Below, piece after piece: positions 38,526-48,224 of a DNA stretch of 64,000 bases (the first letter of the stretch is position 1; every line of letters begins with the position of its first letter). The position numbers and the translations under genes are program-made. Location: positions 32,001-96,000 of the forward strand of contig JBFXKG010000008.1 of assembly GCA_050174015.1 (NCBI GenBank), given 5' to 3'. Below the pieces are notes generated by a model. That model saw only the letters and a program-made list of their open reading frames with translations, ran no database searches and was not told the DNA's origin. This stretch comes from Candidatus Krumholzibacteriia bacterium (GTDB lineage Bacteria; Krumholzibacteriota; Krumholzibacteriia; LZORAL124-64-63).

Positions 38526-39886
38526 GGCTGCTCCCGGGAATGGAAGGGGGAAACCTTGCTGATGGTGAACGGGTACTTGCCCGAGGGGGCTGGGGGAATC
38601 GCCTCCACCAGCGATACCTTCAGGTGGATATCTCCCAGCAGGCCGAGCATCCGCTTCTCCAGGGCCGTCCTGCTTTCAGGGGTCCAGGCCGCGTCGGGGA
38701 CGATCCGGATCTCGATCGCCTCGATGGTCTCCTGGATCAATTGCATCTGGCCGATGCCTGGGATGTCGGCGCCGAAAAGCCGAGGGCTCTGGCAGGAGTA
38801 GTACTTACCGTTCTTGCCGACGATCAATTCGCTGGTTCGCCCCTCGACCGATGCCAGCAGGGGGAACCCACGGCCGCAGGCGCAGAGGCCTGCACGGGGA
38901 CGGGCCAGGTCTCCCGTCCGGTATCGGATGAAGGGCATGACCCGGTTTTCCAGATCGGTGATCACGATCTCGCCCTGTTCCCCGGGATCGCAGGGGGTGC
39001 CGTCGGGCCGCAGGACCTCGACGTGGACCCGGTCGTTGAAGACGTGGAAACCGTCCACCTGCTCGCATTGCTGGGCGATGTCGGCGAACTCACGGGACCC
39101 GTACCGGTTGAGCAGCTTGCACCGGAAGTGTCCCTCGATGGAGGACCTGTAGGCGTCGGTCAGGGTCTCGGCGCTGCTGATGATGCCGGCGGGCGAATCC
39201 AGGGGCAGCCCGTGCTCCTGCATGTAATCGGCCAGGAAGGCCAGAGCCGAGGCGTAGCCGCGGATCATGACGGGACGCCAGGATCGGAGGGCCCGGGAGA
39301 ACTCCGCAAGTTTGGCTTCGTCCATGTCGTAGGCGTTCAAGTTGAGGGACCGGTGGGCCAGGTTGGCCATGACCCGGCCGCGAAGGCCCTTGATGGCCTG
39401 ATTGTCCCTGGGATGTCCCCACAGGACGGCCTGCTTCTCTCCTACCCGCCATCCCGTCCAGGCGGCCCCGCGATAGGCGTTGGCCACGCGGAGGCTGAGG
39501 GCGGATCGGTCGACGTAGAACCGGAACCAGACGCCCGACGATCCCCCGGTGGCGTTGGTCACACGGTCCTCGGGATTCCTTCCTTCGGCGAGGAACCGCT
39601 CCTGCCGGTCCATCAGATCCTTCTTGGTCATCAGGGGAAAGACACCCAGGTCGGGCGGGCCGACTCGATCGGGATCCAGCCCTGCCTGTGCGCTGAAGTC
39701 GCGGTAGAAGGGCACGTGGGCGCAGGCGAAACGGAGCATGCCGGCGAGCTTCTCATGGGAACCGTCAGCGAGCTCGTCGGCGGGCCGCCATTGGGCATTC
39801 TCCAGGCGATGGAGCTCCTCCATCCAGTCCGAACGCATCAACCTGAACAGGCTCCTGGCCAGTGCGGCTCTCATGATGCGATCCAA
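38522..39886 (-). CDS. Phenylacetate-CoA ligase/CapK-like adenylate-forming enzyme
   Basis: HVPFYR, TGGSSG, GYASAL, YGSRE, RYRTGD, VEGR, SGK. Confidence 0.88.
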   Translation of the reverse strand: MDRIMRAALARSLFRLMRSDWMEELHRLENAQWRPADELADGSHEKLAGMLRFACAHVPFYRDFSAQAGLDPDRVGPPDLGVFPLMTKKDLMDRQERFLAEGRNPEDRVTNATGGSSGVWFRFYVDRSALSLRVANAYRGAAWTGWRVGEKQAVLWGHPRDNQAIKGLRGRVMANLAHRSLNLNAYDMDEAKLAEFSRALRSWRPVMIRGYASALAFLADYMQEHGLPLDSPAGIISSAETLTDAYRSSIEGHFRCKLLNRYGSREFADIAQQCEQVDGFHVFNDRVHVEVLRPDGTPCDPGEQGEIVITDLENRVMPFIRYRTGDLARPRAGLCACGRGFPLLASVEGRTSELIVGKNGKYYSCQSPRLFGADIPGIGQMQLIQETIEAIEIRIVPDAAWTPESRTALEKRMLGLLGDIHLKVSLVEAIPPAPSGKYPFTISKVSPFHSREQP

Positions 39887-40806
39887 TCCGCGAACCGATG
39901 CAGACCTTCGGCCAACCCGATGGTGGGGGCGAATCCGGTGGCGCGGATCCGGTCGATGCTCGCCTCCAGACGCACGATGTCTCCCGGCCAGCTCTTGCCC
40001 GTGTAGGTCACCTCGGTGGAGTCCTGCAGGCCAAGGGTTTCCAGAATCATGCCGACCAGCTGGCGGATGCTGACAGGGCTGCCGCCGGCGATGTTGAAGG
40101 CCTGCCCCGCCAGGCCGGGATCCATGGCGAGATCCAGGAAGGCGGCGGCGGTGTCGGTGACGTAGCAGTAGTCCCGGATCTGGTCACCGGTCCCGAGGAC
40201 TTCCAACCGCCTTGGGTCGGATTGGATCTTGCGAAACAGGTCGTAGATGACGTACCTGGGCTGTCGTGGTCCGTAGGTGTTGAAGATGCGGACCGAGGTG
40301 AAGGGGAGGCCGAAAGTGTGATGCCAGGCCAGACCAAGGGATTCGGCGCTGAGTTTGGACGCCCCGTATGGGGAGATCGGGCGGAGGGGGTGGTCCTCGT
40401 CCATGGGCGTGTAAACGGGCTCCCCGTAGACAGCGGCGGAAGAGGCCAGCAGGACCCTCTCCACCTCGTGGTTCCGGCAGGCGAGGTAGACGTTGTGGCT
40501 CCCCAGCGCATTGGTGCGGAAGTCCAGATCTGGTTCCTGAACCGAGCGGGGGACGTCGGCGTTGGCGGCCAGGTGGAAGACCAGGTTGCAACCGGCCACC
40601 GTGCGATCCACGAGATCGGCATCCTGGACGCTGCCCTGGACGATCGTGATGTGGTCACGGACACGGGCGAGATTATCGGGTTTGCCGGTGGATAGATCGT
40701 CGAGGACGACGACCTCGGCTCCTCGATCCACCAGGAGGTCCACCAGATGGCTGGGGATGAATCCCGCGCCTCCGGTGACGAGAGCCTTCTTTCCTGCAAG
40801 TTTCAT
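39871..40806 (-). CDS. NAD-dependent nucleotide-sugar epimerase/dehydratase
   Basis: TGGAGFI, ASSAAVYG, YGASK, FNTYGP. Confidence 0.93.
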   Translation of the reverse strand: MKLAGKKALVTGGAGFIPSHLVDLLVDRGAEVVVLDDLSTGKPDNLARVRDHITIVQGSVQDADLVDRTVAGCNLVFHLAANADVPRSVQEPDLDFRTNALGSHNVYLACRNHEVERVLLASSAAVYGEPVYTPMDEDHPLRPISPYGASKLSAESLGLAWHHTFGLPFTSVRIFNTYGPRQPRYVIYDLFRKIQSDPRRLEVLGTGDQIRDYCYVTDTAAAFLDLAMDPGLAGQAFNIAGGSPVSIRQLVGMILETLGLQDSTEVTYTGKSWPGDIVRLEASIDRIRATGFAPTIGLAEGLHRFADWIAS

Positions 40807-41978
40807 GAGTTCCGAGTCCCTTCCAGGATCTGGCGGTAGACCGCCACCGTGGCTGCCGCAGCGGCGGCGGGATGGAAGTCCCGCTGGGCCCGGGCGCGGG
40901 CGGCTTCCCCCATGGCGACCCGGGCCTCCCCGTTCTCCAGGATGTCCTCCATGGCGGCGGCGATACCGGGCACGTCTCCGTACTTCACGAGCCTCCCGGT
41001 CAGACCATCGGTGACCAGGTCGGGTATCCCACCCACGGCCGTCGCCACAACGGGCTTGCCGAGGGCCATCGCCTCGGCGATGGACACCGGTGAACTCTCC
41101 TCGACCGAGCAGAGGGCGAACACCGAGCAGCTGGTGAACTCCCGTTCCAGCGAGGAATCGGGGATGAAGCCGACCAGTTCGACGCAGTCGTCCAGGCCCA
41201 GTTCATTGATCCTCCCGCGAAGCTTCTCGGCGTAGGCGGGGACCAGGACCTTGCCCACCAGGCGCAACCGTACGTCCGGAACCGAGCGCCTGACCAGTGC
41301 AACGGCCTCGACGAGGTCCAGTAGGCCCTTGCGCGGCTGGACAGCGGCCACGGAGAGGATTGTGGAGCCCGTGTCCGTGGTGGGCAACTCGAAAAACCTG
41401 AGGGATACGGGGTTGGCGATGGGATGGAAATGGGCACGCGTCAGGGGGGCGATGGCCTGACGGACGTATTCAGCGATCACAAAGATGTGTTCGGCCCGGC
41501 CCAGGACGCGCCGCTCCAGGGCTGCGGTGGTGACTCGCCTCAAATAACCCTTGATCCCGCCCTGGAGGCGGACTTCCCGAAAGCGGATTCCGTGGACGGT
41601 GACGGCGACGGGAATGCCGATCCCCAATGCGGCGGCGACGTAGCGCCCCGTTCCGTGGGCGTGAATGATGTCCGGCGCCAGGTCCCTCAGAGCTAGGCGA
41701 AGCCTGCGCTGCTCCAGGACGTGGTCGGTCAGGTGGCCCAATCGGGTTTGGCCCGGCAGGTAGTGGACGGTCATGCCGCGGTATTCGGTCCGCTGGGGGG
41801 TCTTCAGACCCTGGATGCAGGTCAGGATGTGCAGGTCCAGGCCGGGGATGGCGGCCATGGAGACCGAGAGATTGTGGATCACGGCCTCGACGCCGCCGGG
41901 GATCTTCCCGGGGTCAAGGGGAAAGCTGCCAAGAACCGCGATGCGCACGCCCATATTCCCTTCTCGCGTGCCGGACAT
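40803..41978 (-). CDS. Glycosyltransferase family 4
   Basis: GGVEAV, RKG, EESSPVSIAEAM; start is 41978 or 41954. Confidence 0.9.
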   Translation of the reverse strand: MSGTREGNMGVRIAVLGSFPLDPGKIPGGVEAVIHNLSVSMAAIPGLDLHILTCIQGLKTPQRTEYRGMTVHYLPGQTRLGHLTDHVLEQRRLRLALRDLAPDIIHAHGTGRYVAAALGIGIPVAVTVHGIRFREVRLQGGIKGYLRRVTTAALERRVLGRAEHIFVIAEYVRQAIAPLTRAHFHPIANPVSLRFFELPTTDTGSTILSVAAVQPRKGLLDLVEAVALVRRSVPDVRLRLVGKVLVPAYAEKLRGRINELGLDDCVELVGFIPDSSLEREFTSCSVFALCSVEESSPVSIAEAMALGKPVVATAVGGIPDLVTDGLTGRLVKYGDVPGIAAAMEDILENGEARVAMGEAARARAQRDFHPAAAAAATVAVYRQILEGTRNS

Positions 41979-42961
41979 CAGGACTCCGCGTCGTGGGAGG
42001 GGGGTTCGGGAAAGGCGACTCCCTGACCATAGATGCGGACGAAGAAATTCCCGCCGCCCCAAACTGTTCGGATGATTTCTTCCTCGACTTCGGGGGTGAA
42101 GTGGTAGGGGTCCTTGAATGCCGTCCGGTCCCGGGTCAATTCGTTGTCCCAGGCGAAGTCGAAGACCTTGCCCAGCCGGGCAAGGTCCTCCCGCATGGCC
42201 TGATCGTCCGGACGGAGGCCATAGTCATCGATCTTGTCCATAAGATCCCTGTGGCTGGGGAAGATGATGAAGACCAGCTCGATGTCCCGGGATCGGCAAA
42301 AATCGGCGATGGTCTGCAACTGGTTGCGGTAGGCGACAGGCTTCTTGTAGTTGCCGAAGTTCACCTTGGCCGTCACATCCAACTGGTGGCGCCAGAAGGA
42401 TTCCCGGTCGCCGACGGGCTGGCCGATCCTGTCCACCGTGCCGGTCAGACTGGAAACGACGACCTTCCAAGCCGAGATCATGACCGTGTTGTTGGTGAGG
42501 TAAAGGAACGGGTTGTGGATCGCACCTTCCACCTCGGAGACCCGGTCCTTGAAGTCCGAACCGTTGTAGGTGTTCAGGTCCAGACCGATGACCACGCTTT
42601 TCAGATCAGTCAGCTCGTTCGCGTACCAGAAGGTCGCGACGGCCTCCTTCAAACTGCCGCCGCCGTACGCGAAGTTGTAGTAGGGCCGTCCGCAAATGGC
42701 CTCGATGAGGTCCGGTTTCAGGGTCATCATGCGGGAGTCCCCGAGCAGGATGTTGGACATGGGTTGGCGCCGGAACTCGAACATTTTCCACATGGCGTAG
42801 TTGAGTTTGAATGAAATCTCCTGCTTGAGCTGGTCGGCGATCGGGCTGGGGACGGCGAAGTAATTGAACGGGTCGACAACCAGGATTGCCAGGCCGTAAA
42901 GTGCGAAGGGGATCAGGAAAAGTCCCAGTTTCTTGAGGAATAGCTTGAGGTCGATGGACAT
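41978..42961 (-). CDS. Membrane-anchored SGNH/DltD-like acyltransferase partner
   Basis: N-terminal TM then VDPFNY; LLGDSR (Ser block), YNFAYGG, C-terminal DPYH (DxxH); directly downstream of the MBOAT. Confidence 0.7.
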   Translation of the reverse strand: MSIDLKLFLKKLGLFLIPFALYGLAILVVDPFNYFAVPSPIADQLKQEISFKLNYAMWKMFEFRRQPMSNILLGDSRMMTLKPDLIEAICGRPYYNFAYGGGSLKEAVATFWYANELTDLKSVVIGLDLNTYNGSDFKDRVSEVEGAIHNPFLYLTNNTVMISAWKVVVSSLTGTVDRIGQPVGDRESFWRHQLDVTAKVNFGNYKKPVAYRNQLQTIADFCRSRDIELVFIIFPSHRDLMDKIDDYGLRPDDQAMREDLARLGKVFDFAWDNELTRDRTAFKDPYHFTPEVEEEIIRTVWGGGNFFVRIYGQGVAFPEPPSHDAES

Positions 42962-42970
42962 GGGCTGCTC

Positions 42971-44458
42971 CTAGAACTGGAAGTAGATGAACTGCTGGGA
43001 CATGTTGAACGCGCCGAAGAACACGATGGCGATGACAAGCCCGTAATACACGACCCAGCGGACAGCAGCCGGTCGGCGGCCGAGCTGGGCACGAAGGCTT
43101 TCCCGGCGCTGCAGGATCTGGGCGAACTCAAGGATCAGGATGGCTGCGATGGCGATTGTCAGTTCCTTCTGGGATAGGCCCAGGGACCGCAGCATACCTC
43201 GGATCACGATGGTGTCGCCGGACAGGATCCTGCCCAGGAAAGGCAGGACCCCGTCGAAGAGGTGGCCGACCATGTAGAAGGCGTCCCGCACATTCAAGGC
43301 CCTGAATATGAGGAGGGCGAAGTTGAAGACGGTCATGGTGTAGAGCAGGCCCAGGGTTCGGTAGACGAAATTCGAGGGGGGCATTCTGAGGAAGCTGAAG
43401 ATCCGCACCCGAGCCTGGGCGGTCCAAAGCTCCAGGGACATGAACACCCCATGGACCGCGCCCCAGATGACGTAGGTCCAGGCGGCTCCGTGCCAGAGCC
43501 CGCTCACCAGGAAGATCGTGAACACATTGAAGTAAGTCCGGTACTTTCCCTTGCGGCTTCCGCCGAGGGGGATGTAGAGGTAGTCCCTGAACCAGGTCGT
43601 CAGGGAGATGTGCCAGCGCGACCAGAGATCCCCGAGGGAAATGGCGTGGAAAGGCCGTCGGAAGTTGGTCATGAGCTTGATGCCGAAAATCTGGGCTGTC
43701 CCGATGGCGATGTCGGAGTATCCCGAGAAGTCGCAGTAGACCTGGTAGGCGAACAAGGCCGAACCCAGGATGAACTCCACCCCGGAATATTCCCGCGGGT
43801 TGTTGAAGATGGTGGCGACCATCACTCCGATCCGGTCCGCAATGACCACCTTCTTGAAGAGGCCCCAGACGACCAGCTTCAGCCCGTCGACAGAATTGCG
43901 GTAAGAAAAGCTCACCTCGTTGTAGAACTGGGGCAATAGATGGGTAGAACGTTCGATGGGCCCGGCCACCAGCTGCGGGAAGAAGGAGACGTAAAGGGCG
44001 AAGATTCCCAAGTGCGACTCCGGCTCCTGGTGTCCCCGGTAGACCTCGATGGTGTAGCTGAGAGTCTGAAAGGTGTAAAACGAGATGCCCACCGGCAACA
44101 GGACGTCGAAATAGGGGATGTTGTAGGTCAGGTCGAAGCGCTCGAAGGTCGCCCGGGCGGATTCGTTGAAGAAGTTGAAGTACTTGAAGGCAAACAGGAT
44201 GCCGAGATTCGAACAGAGACTCGCGGCCAGCAGGCGTTTTCGCCTGGTCTGGTCCGCGGTCCGGCCCATGGCCAGGCCCACATAATAGTCGATCAAAGTG
44301 GAGATGACGATCAGGAAGATGTACTCCACCTTCCAGCACATGTAGAAGTAGTAGCTTGCCGCCAGCATGAACATCCAGCGGCGTTGGGGTGGGATCAGGA
44401 AATAGAATGCCACCACCAAAGGCAGGAAAATGGCGTAGTGCAGCGAGTTGAAAAACAT
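42971..44458 (-). CDS. MBOAT family O-acyltransferase (AlgI/DltB-like)
   Basis: LPVGISFYTFQ, FFPQLVAGPI, DFSGYSD, WHISL, SGLWHGA; C-terminal FIYFQF. Confidence 0.95.
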   Translation of the reverse strand: MFFNSLHYAIFLPLVVAFYFLIPPQRRWMFMLAASYYFYMCWKVEYIFLIVISTLIDYYVGLAMGRTADQTRRKRLLAASLCSNLGILFAFKYFNFFNESARATFERFDLTYNIPYFDVLLPVGISFYTFQTLSYTIEVYRGHQEPESHLGIFALYVSFFPQLVAGPIERSTHLLPQFYNEVSFSYRNSVDGLKLVVWGLFKKVVIADRIGVMVATIFNNPREYSGVEFILGSALFAYQVYCDFSGYSDIAIGTAQIFGIKLMTNFRRPFHAISLGDLWSRWHISLTTWFRDYLYIPLGGSRKGKYRTYFNVFTIFLVSGLWHGAAWTYVIWGAVHGVFMSLELWTAQARVRIFSFLRMPPSNFVYRTLGLLYTMTVFNFALLIFRALNVRDAFYMVGHLFDGVLPFLGRILSGDTIVIRGMLRSLGLSQKELTIAIAAILILEFAQILQRRESLRAQLGRRPAAVRWVVYYGLVIAIVFFGAFNMSQQFIYFQF

Positions 44459-44745
44459 CCGCCGGGAGCCTCCAGATGGAATGGGCCTCTTTCAGACGGT
44501 TATCGTCACAGGAATGGGATGCTTGAATGCCGGCCGCGGCAGGTCGTGGGCGAGGGCTGGATCGGCAGCCGAACAGGTCCCGGGCGAGCACGGACGGCGT
44601 GAGAGGCCATCCTGCGAAATATACCAGAAGGTGTCCTGGATGAACAGGCGCAAAGCGGCCCCGGTCCCATCCGGCGTTGACGGGATCGGCCCTGCTGCAT
44701 TACTTTCCCCGGCGCACTCCGGTCCGCCTACCCCGGGAGGAATCC

Positions 44746-45783
44746 TTGAAGATCTGGTTCGACGCCGATAACGGCCCCCATGTCCTGATCATGCGTCCGC
44801 TGGCCCTGGAACTGGACCGGCGGGGACACGAGATCCGGTTCACCGCCCGGGACAGGACCAGCACCTGCGAGCTCCTCGATCTCTACGGTTTCGACTACCT
44901 CAAGGTGGGCGGATCGTACGGGGCGGGAATGTCCGGTAAGGTCAAGGGAACCCTTGGCCGGGCCTGGTCACTCACAAAGGCCATGAGGGGGGAGAAGGCG
45001 GCCGTCAGCTTCGGACACGGTTCGCGGGCCCTGCCCATAGCCTCGAGGCTGCTGGGCGTTCCCACGGTGACGATGTACGACTACGAGTGGGTGGACGCTC
45101 GCCTCTTCAACCGGTTCTGCCGCACCATCCTGCTGCCCGACGCCATCTCCCTCGACCGCTGCGGGGAAGCGGGGATCTCCCGCGCCAAGGCCAGGCTCTA
45201 TCCGGGTTTCAAGGAGGAGTTGTACCTGGGGGGGAAGGACCTGGATACGACGATCCCCGGGGACCTGGGTCTTGATCCGGACGGTATCAGCGTGCTGCTG
45301 AGGCCCCCTGCCACGACCGCCCACTACCACAATCCCGAGGCCGAGGTCATCCTCGACGCCATCCTGAAGAGGCTGGCCGCGATGCCCGGAGTCCAGCTCG
45401 TGTTCCTGCCCCGGACCCCCGACCAAAGGGAGCTCCCGGTGAAGGCCGGCATCCGGCGGGTCATCATCCCCGACAAGGTTTACGACGGCCCCAGCCTGGT
45501 GGCCTGCATGGACATGGTTCTCAGCGGAGGAGGGACCATGACCCGGGAGGCAGCCATCATGGGGGTTCCCTCCTACAGCTTCTTCCGGGGGCGGAGCGGC
45601 ATGGTGGACGAAGCGCTCGCCGCGTCGGGACGTCTGACCATGATCGACACCCCCGAGGCGGTGGAGGGCAGGCTGAGGGTCGCCAGGAAGCCGGGGGCGG
45701 TCACCCAGCCGGATCCCGCCCCCCTCGTCGGTTTCATCTGCGATGCGATCCTGGACGCCGCCGCGGGCCGTCAGGCCAGGTAG
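44746..45783 (+). CDS. DUF354-like GT-B fold protein
   Basis: KIWFDADNGPHV, TARD, YDYE, YPGFKEELY, SGGGTMTREAA; TTG start after GGGAGG. Confidence 0.75.
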   Translation: MKIWFDADNGPHVLIMRPLALELDRRGHEIRFTARDRTSTCELLDLYGFDYLKVGGSYGAGMSGKVKGTLGRAWSLTKAMRGEKAAVSFGHGSRALPIASRLLGVPTVTMYDYEWVDARLFNRFCRTILLPDAISLDRCGEAGISRAKARLYPGFKEELYLGGKDLDTTIPGDLGLDPDGISVLLRPPATTAHYHNPEAEVILDAILKRLAAMPGVQLVFLPRTPDQRELPVKAGIRRVIIPDKVYDGPSLVACMDMVLSGGGTMTREAAIMGVPSYSFFRGRSGMVDEALAASGRLTMIDTPEAVEGRLRVARKPGAVTQPDPAPLVGFICDAILDAAAGRQAR

Positions 45784-46865
45784 TCCTCCAGCACCTTGAC
45801 GATCCTCGGTGCCGTCCGGCCGTCCCACAGGTCGGGGATGCGCCCCACCTTCCATTTCCCCTCGACGATGCGATGCACCTGGTCCGCAAGGGTCTCGACG
45901 GTGGCCAGTTCGTTGGTTCCCTGCTCGATGGTCACCGGCCGCTCCGTGTTGGGCCTCATCGTCAGGCAGGGGATACCCAGGTAGGTCGTCTCTTCCTGCA
46001 AGCCACCCGAATCCGTCAGGATCATGCGGCTGTGGAGGACGAGATTCATGAACTGGTAATACCCCAGGGGCTCGATGAGTTGCACCTGGGAGGCGTCGAG
46101 GCCGCAGCGGGCGACCAGGTCGTTCCGCTCCATGACGGCCCTTGTCCGCGGGTGGACCGGGAAGAGCAGGGGCATCGGCACGGCCGTCAAGACGTTGAAG
46201 ATCTTCTCGAGCGTGGCGGGATCGTCGACGTTGGACGGTCGATGGAGGGTGACCACACCGAACTCTCCGGACGGGACTCCGAACGCCTTGAAGGCGCCCA
46301 GATCCCGGGCCTTTTCGATGGACCGCACGAGGCTGTCGATCATGATGTTCCCGACCAGGTGGATCTTTCCGGCAGGAACGCCCTCCCCCAGGAGGTTGGC
46401 GTCTGCGTCGGGCGAGGGCGTGAACAGGAGATCGGCGATGGCGTCGGTCATCAGCCGGTTGATCTCCTCGGGCATGGTGCGGTCGCGACTCCGGAGTCCA
46501 GCCTCCACGTGGGCGACGGGGATGTGGAGCTTGGCGGCCACCAGGCTCGTCGCCATGGTGGCGTTGACGTCGCCGACGACCAGGACCAGATCCGGCCTTT
46601 GCTGCAGGCAGAGTTCTTCGTACTTCAAGAGGACTCCGGCGGTCTGCTGGGCATGCGACCCGCCGCCGACACCGAGGTGGACGTCGGGCGCGGGCAGACC
46701 CAGGTCCTCGAAGAACACGTCGGACATGTTCTTGTCGTAGTGCTGCCCGGTGTGGATGAGGACGGGGTCCAGCAGGTCCGAACCCCCGCTCATGGCTCGC
46801 CACAGCGGAGCGATTTTCATGAAGTTGGGTCGGGCGGCGGCGATCAGGTGGATTTTCTTTGTCAC
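45771..46865 (-). CDS. wecB: UDP-N-acetylglucosamine 2-epimerase (non-hydrolysing)
   Basis: ARPNFMK, HTGQHYD, VGDVNAT, HVEAGLRS, PEEINR, TDSGGLQEE, NTERP. Confidence 0.95.
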   Translation of the reverse strand: MTKKIHLIAAARPNFMKIAPLWRAMSGGSDLLDPVLIHTGQHYDKNMSDVFFEDLGLPAPDVHLGVGGGSHAQQTAGVLLKYEELCLQQRPDLVLVVGDVNATMATSLVAAKLHIPVAHVEAGLRSRDRTMPEEINRLMTDAIADLLFTPSPDADANLLGEGVPAGKIHLVGNIMIDSLVRSIEKARDLGAFKAFGVPSGEFGVVTLHRPSNVDDPATLEKIFNVLTAVPMPLLFPVHPRTRAVMERNDLVARCGLDASQVQLIEPLGYYQFMNLVLHSRMILTDSGGLQEETTYLGIPCLTMRPNTERPVTIEQGTNELATVETLADQVHRIVEGKWKVGRIPDLWDGRTAPRIVKVLEDYLA

Positions 46866-46973
46866 GGCGGGTCCTTTCCCGGTCCAAATCATGTCCCCGG
46901 GGAAGGTCTCGGCCTCTCCCGGCTCTCAGCTAGATTTCGACAGCGCCGCGCCGGAGCTTACCGGAATTTCCCA

Positions 46974-48224
46974 TCAGGGCGCCTTGCCGTCGCTGTCGGC
47001 CAGATGGGCGCAGAGGGCGCGGAACAGCCACGCCTGGGACCAGCGCATGTGGATGATGGGCTGGGCGTAGTACCGGTGTTTCTGGAACCGGAAACCCCCG
47101 CGGCGCTCGTCCCAGAGCTCGGCCACCGCGCGGTCTAGGATTGAGGCCGCAAAGGCGGGTCCCGAGGGGTCGAATCTTTTGAGGCGCAGGAAGGTCAAGG
47201 CGCCCTGGGCGAAGCTATGGGGGTCCAGGGGGTAAAGGCTGGTGGCGTAGTACCGGGGCGTCCCGTCTTCAAGGAAGAGGCGGGACCGGTAAAAGGCCAA
47301 ACCCTCGCGCAGCCCGTCATCCCATCGGTCGGTCCGGAGGAGCCCCGCTATACGCTCGATGGTCTCCAGGTTGAATCCCGTGTGGAGGTTGTCGATCCAA
47401 TGCCAGTGGTCGGCCTCTCCGTAGATCCAGGAGCCGTCCTGAGCCTGTCGGGCCATGACCCAGTCCACCGCCCGGCCGGCCAGATCGCGCCACTCCCCGG
47501 ACCGCTCCGGGGCATGGACGGCGGCTTGGGCCAGGATGCGGGCCCCGAAGAGGGAGGCGTTGAATACGCGGGTCCGGTCCCCGGGGGAGTAGCTGAAGCA
47601 CAGGCCGGTGTCATCCTCGTGGCGGTGCAGGTGGTCTGCAACGAAGGCACCTGCGGCTGCGGCAACCGCGGGATAGGCCGGGGCCCCGGACAACTCGAGG
47701 CCGTCCAGGGCGAAGCTGGTCGCAACCACGGTGGGGAAGAATGCAGGTTGGAGGAAAGCCTTCGACTGCCAGGGGAAGTCGTAGCCCCAGCCCAGGGCCC
47801 CGGGCAGGGCCAGGCTCCCGGAGGCCACCTCGGCGACCGCCCCAGGTCGGGGGCGGCGTTCGGGAAGGGCAGGCGATCCGTCCGGTCGCGAGGCCAGGCC
47901 GATCAAGGCGTCGCCCAGCCAGGTCTGCGCGTCGGTGGTGTCGCCGAGCCCGGACCAGGAGGCGGCGCCCTGCAGCACCAGTGCAAGCCCCTTGGGGTTC
48001 AGTCCGGGAGGAATCCGGAGCGCGGGGCGCAGGTCCACCGGGGACCGCTTGACGGCCTGGATGACGACCAGCCGCAACAGGCGCGAGCGCACCAGCAATG
48101 GGGCGAGCAGGCGGCTGTTGAGCCCATCATAGGGGTCGCTGCCGCGGAAGCCTGCTCCCTCCAGGCGGTCCCAGACCCGTCGGGTGACGGCCGCAAGGCC
48201 ATCCGGCTGAATCTCACCGCCCAT
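46974..48224 (-). CDS. Uncharacterised alpha/alpha-barrel-like protein of polysaccharide loci
   Basis: DPYDGLNS, NPKG, WGYDFPWQ, FSYSP, Q..DGSW.YG, WIDNLHTG, HMRWSQAW. Confidence 0.7.
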   Translation of the reverse strand: MGGEIQPDGLAAVTRRVWDRLEGAGFRGSDPYDGLNSRLLAPLLVRSRLLRLVVIQAVKRSPVDLRPALRIPPGLNPKGLALVLQGAASWSGLGDTTDAQTWLGDALIGLASRPDGSPALPERRPRPGAVAEVASGSLALPGALGWGYDFPWQSKAFLQPAFFPTVVATSFALDGLELSGAPAYPAVAAAAGAFVADHLHRHEDDTGLCFSYSPGDRTRVFNASLFGARILAQAAVHAPERSGEWRDLAGRAVDWVMARQAQDGSWIYGEADHWHWIDNLHTGFNLETIERIAGLLRTDRWDDGLREGLAFYRSRLFLEDGTPRYYATSLYPLDPHSFAQGALTFLRLKRFDPSGPAFAASILDRAVAELWDERRGGFRFQKHRYYAQPIIHMRWSQAWLFRALCAHLADSDGKAP

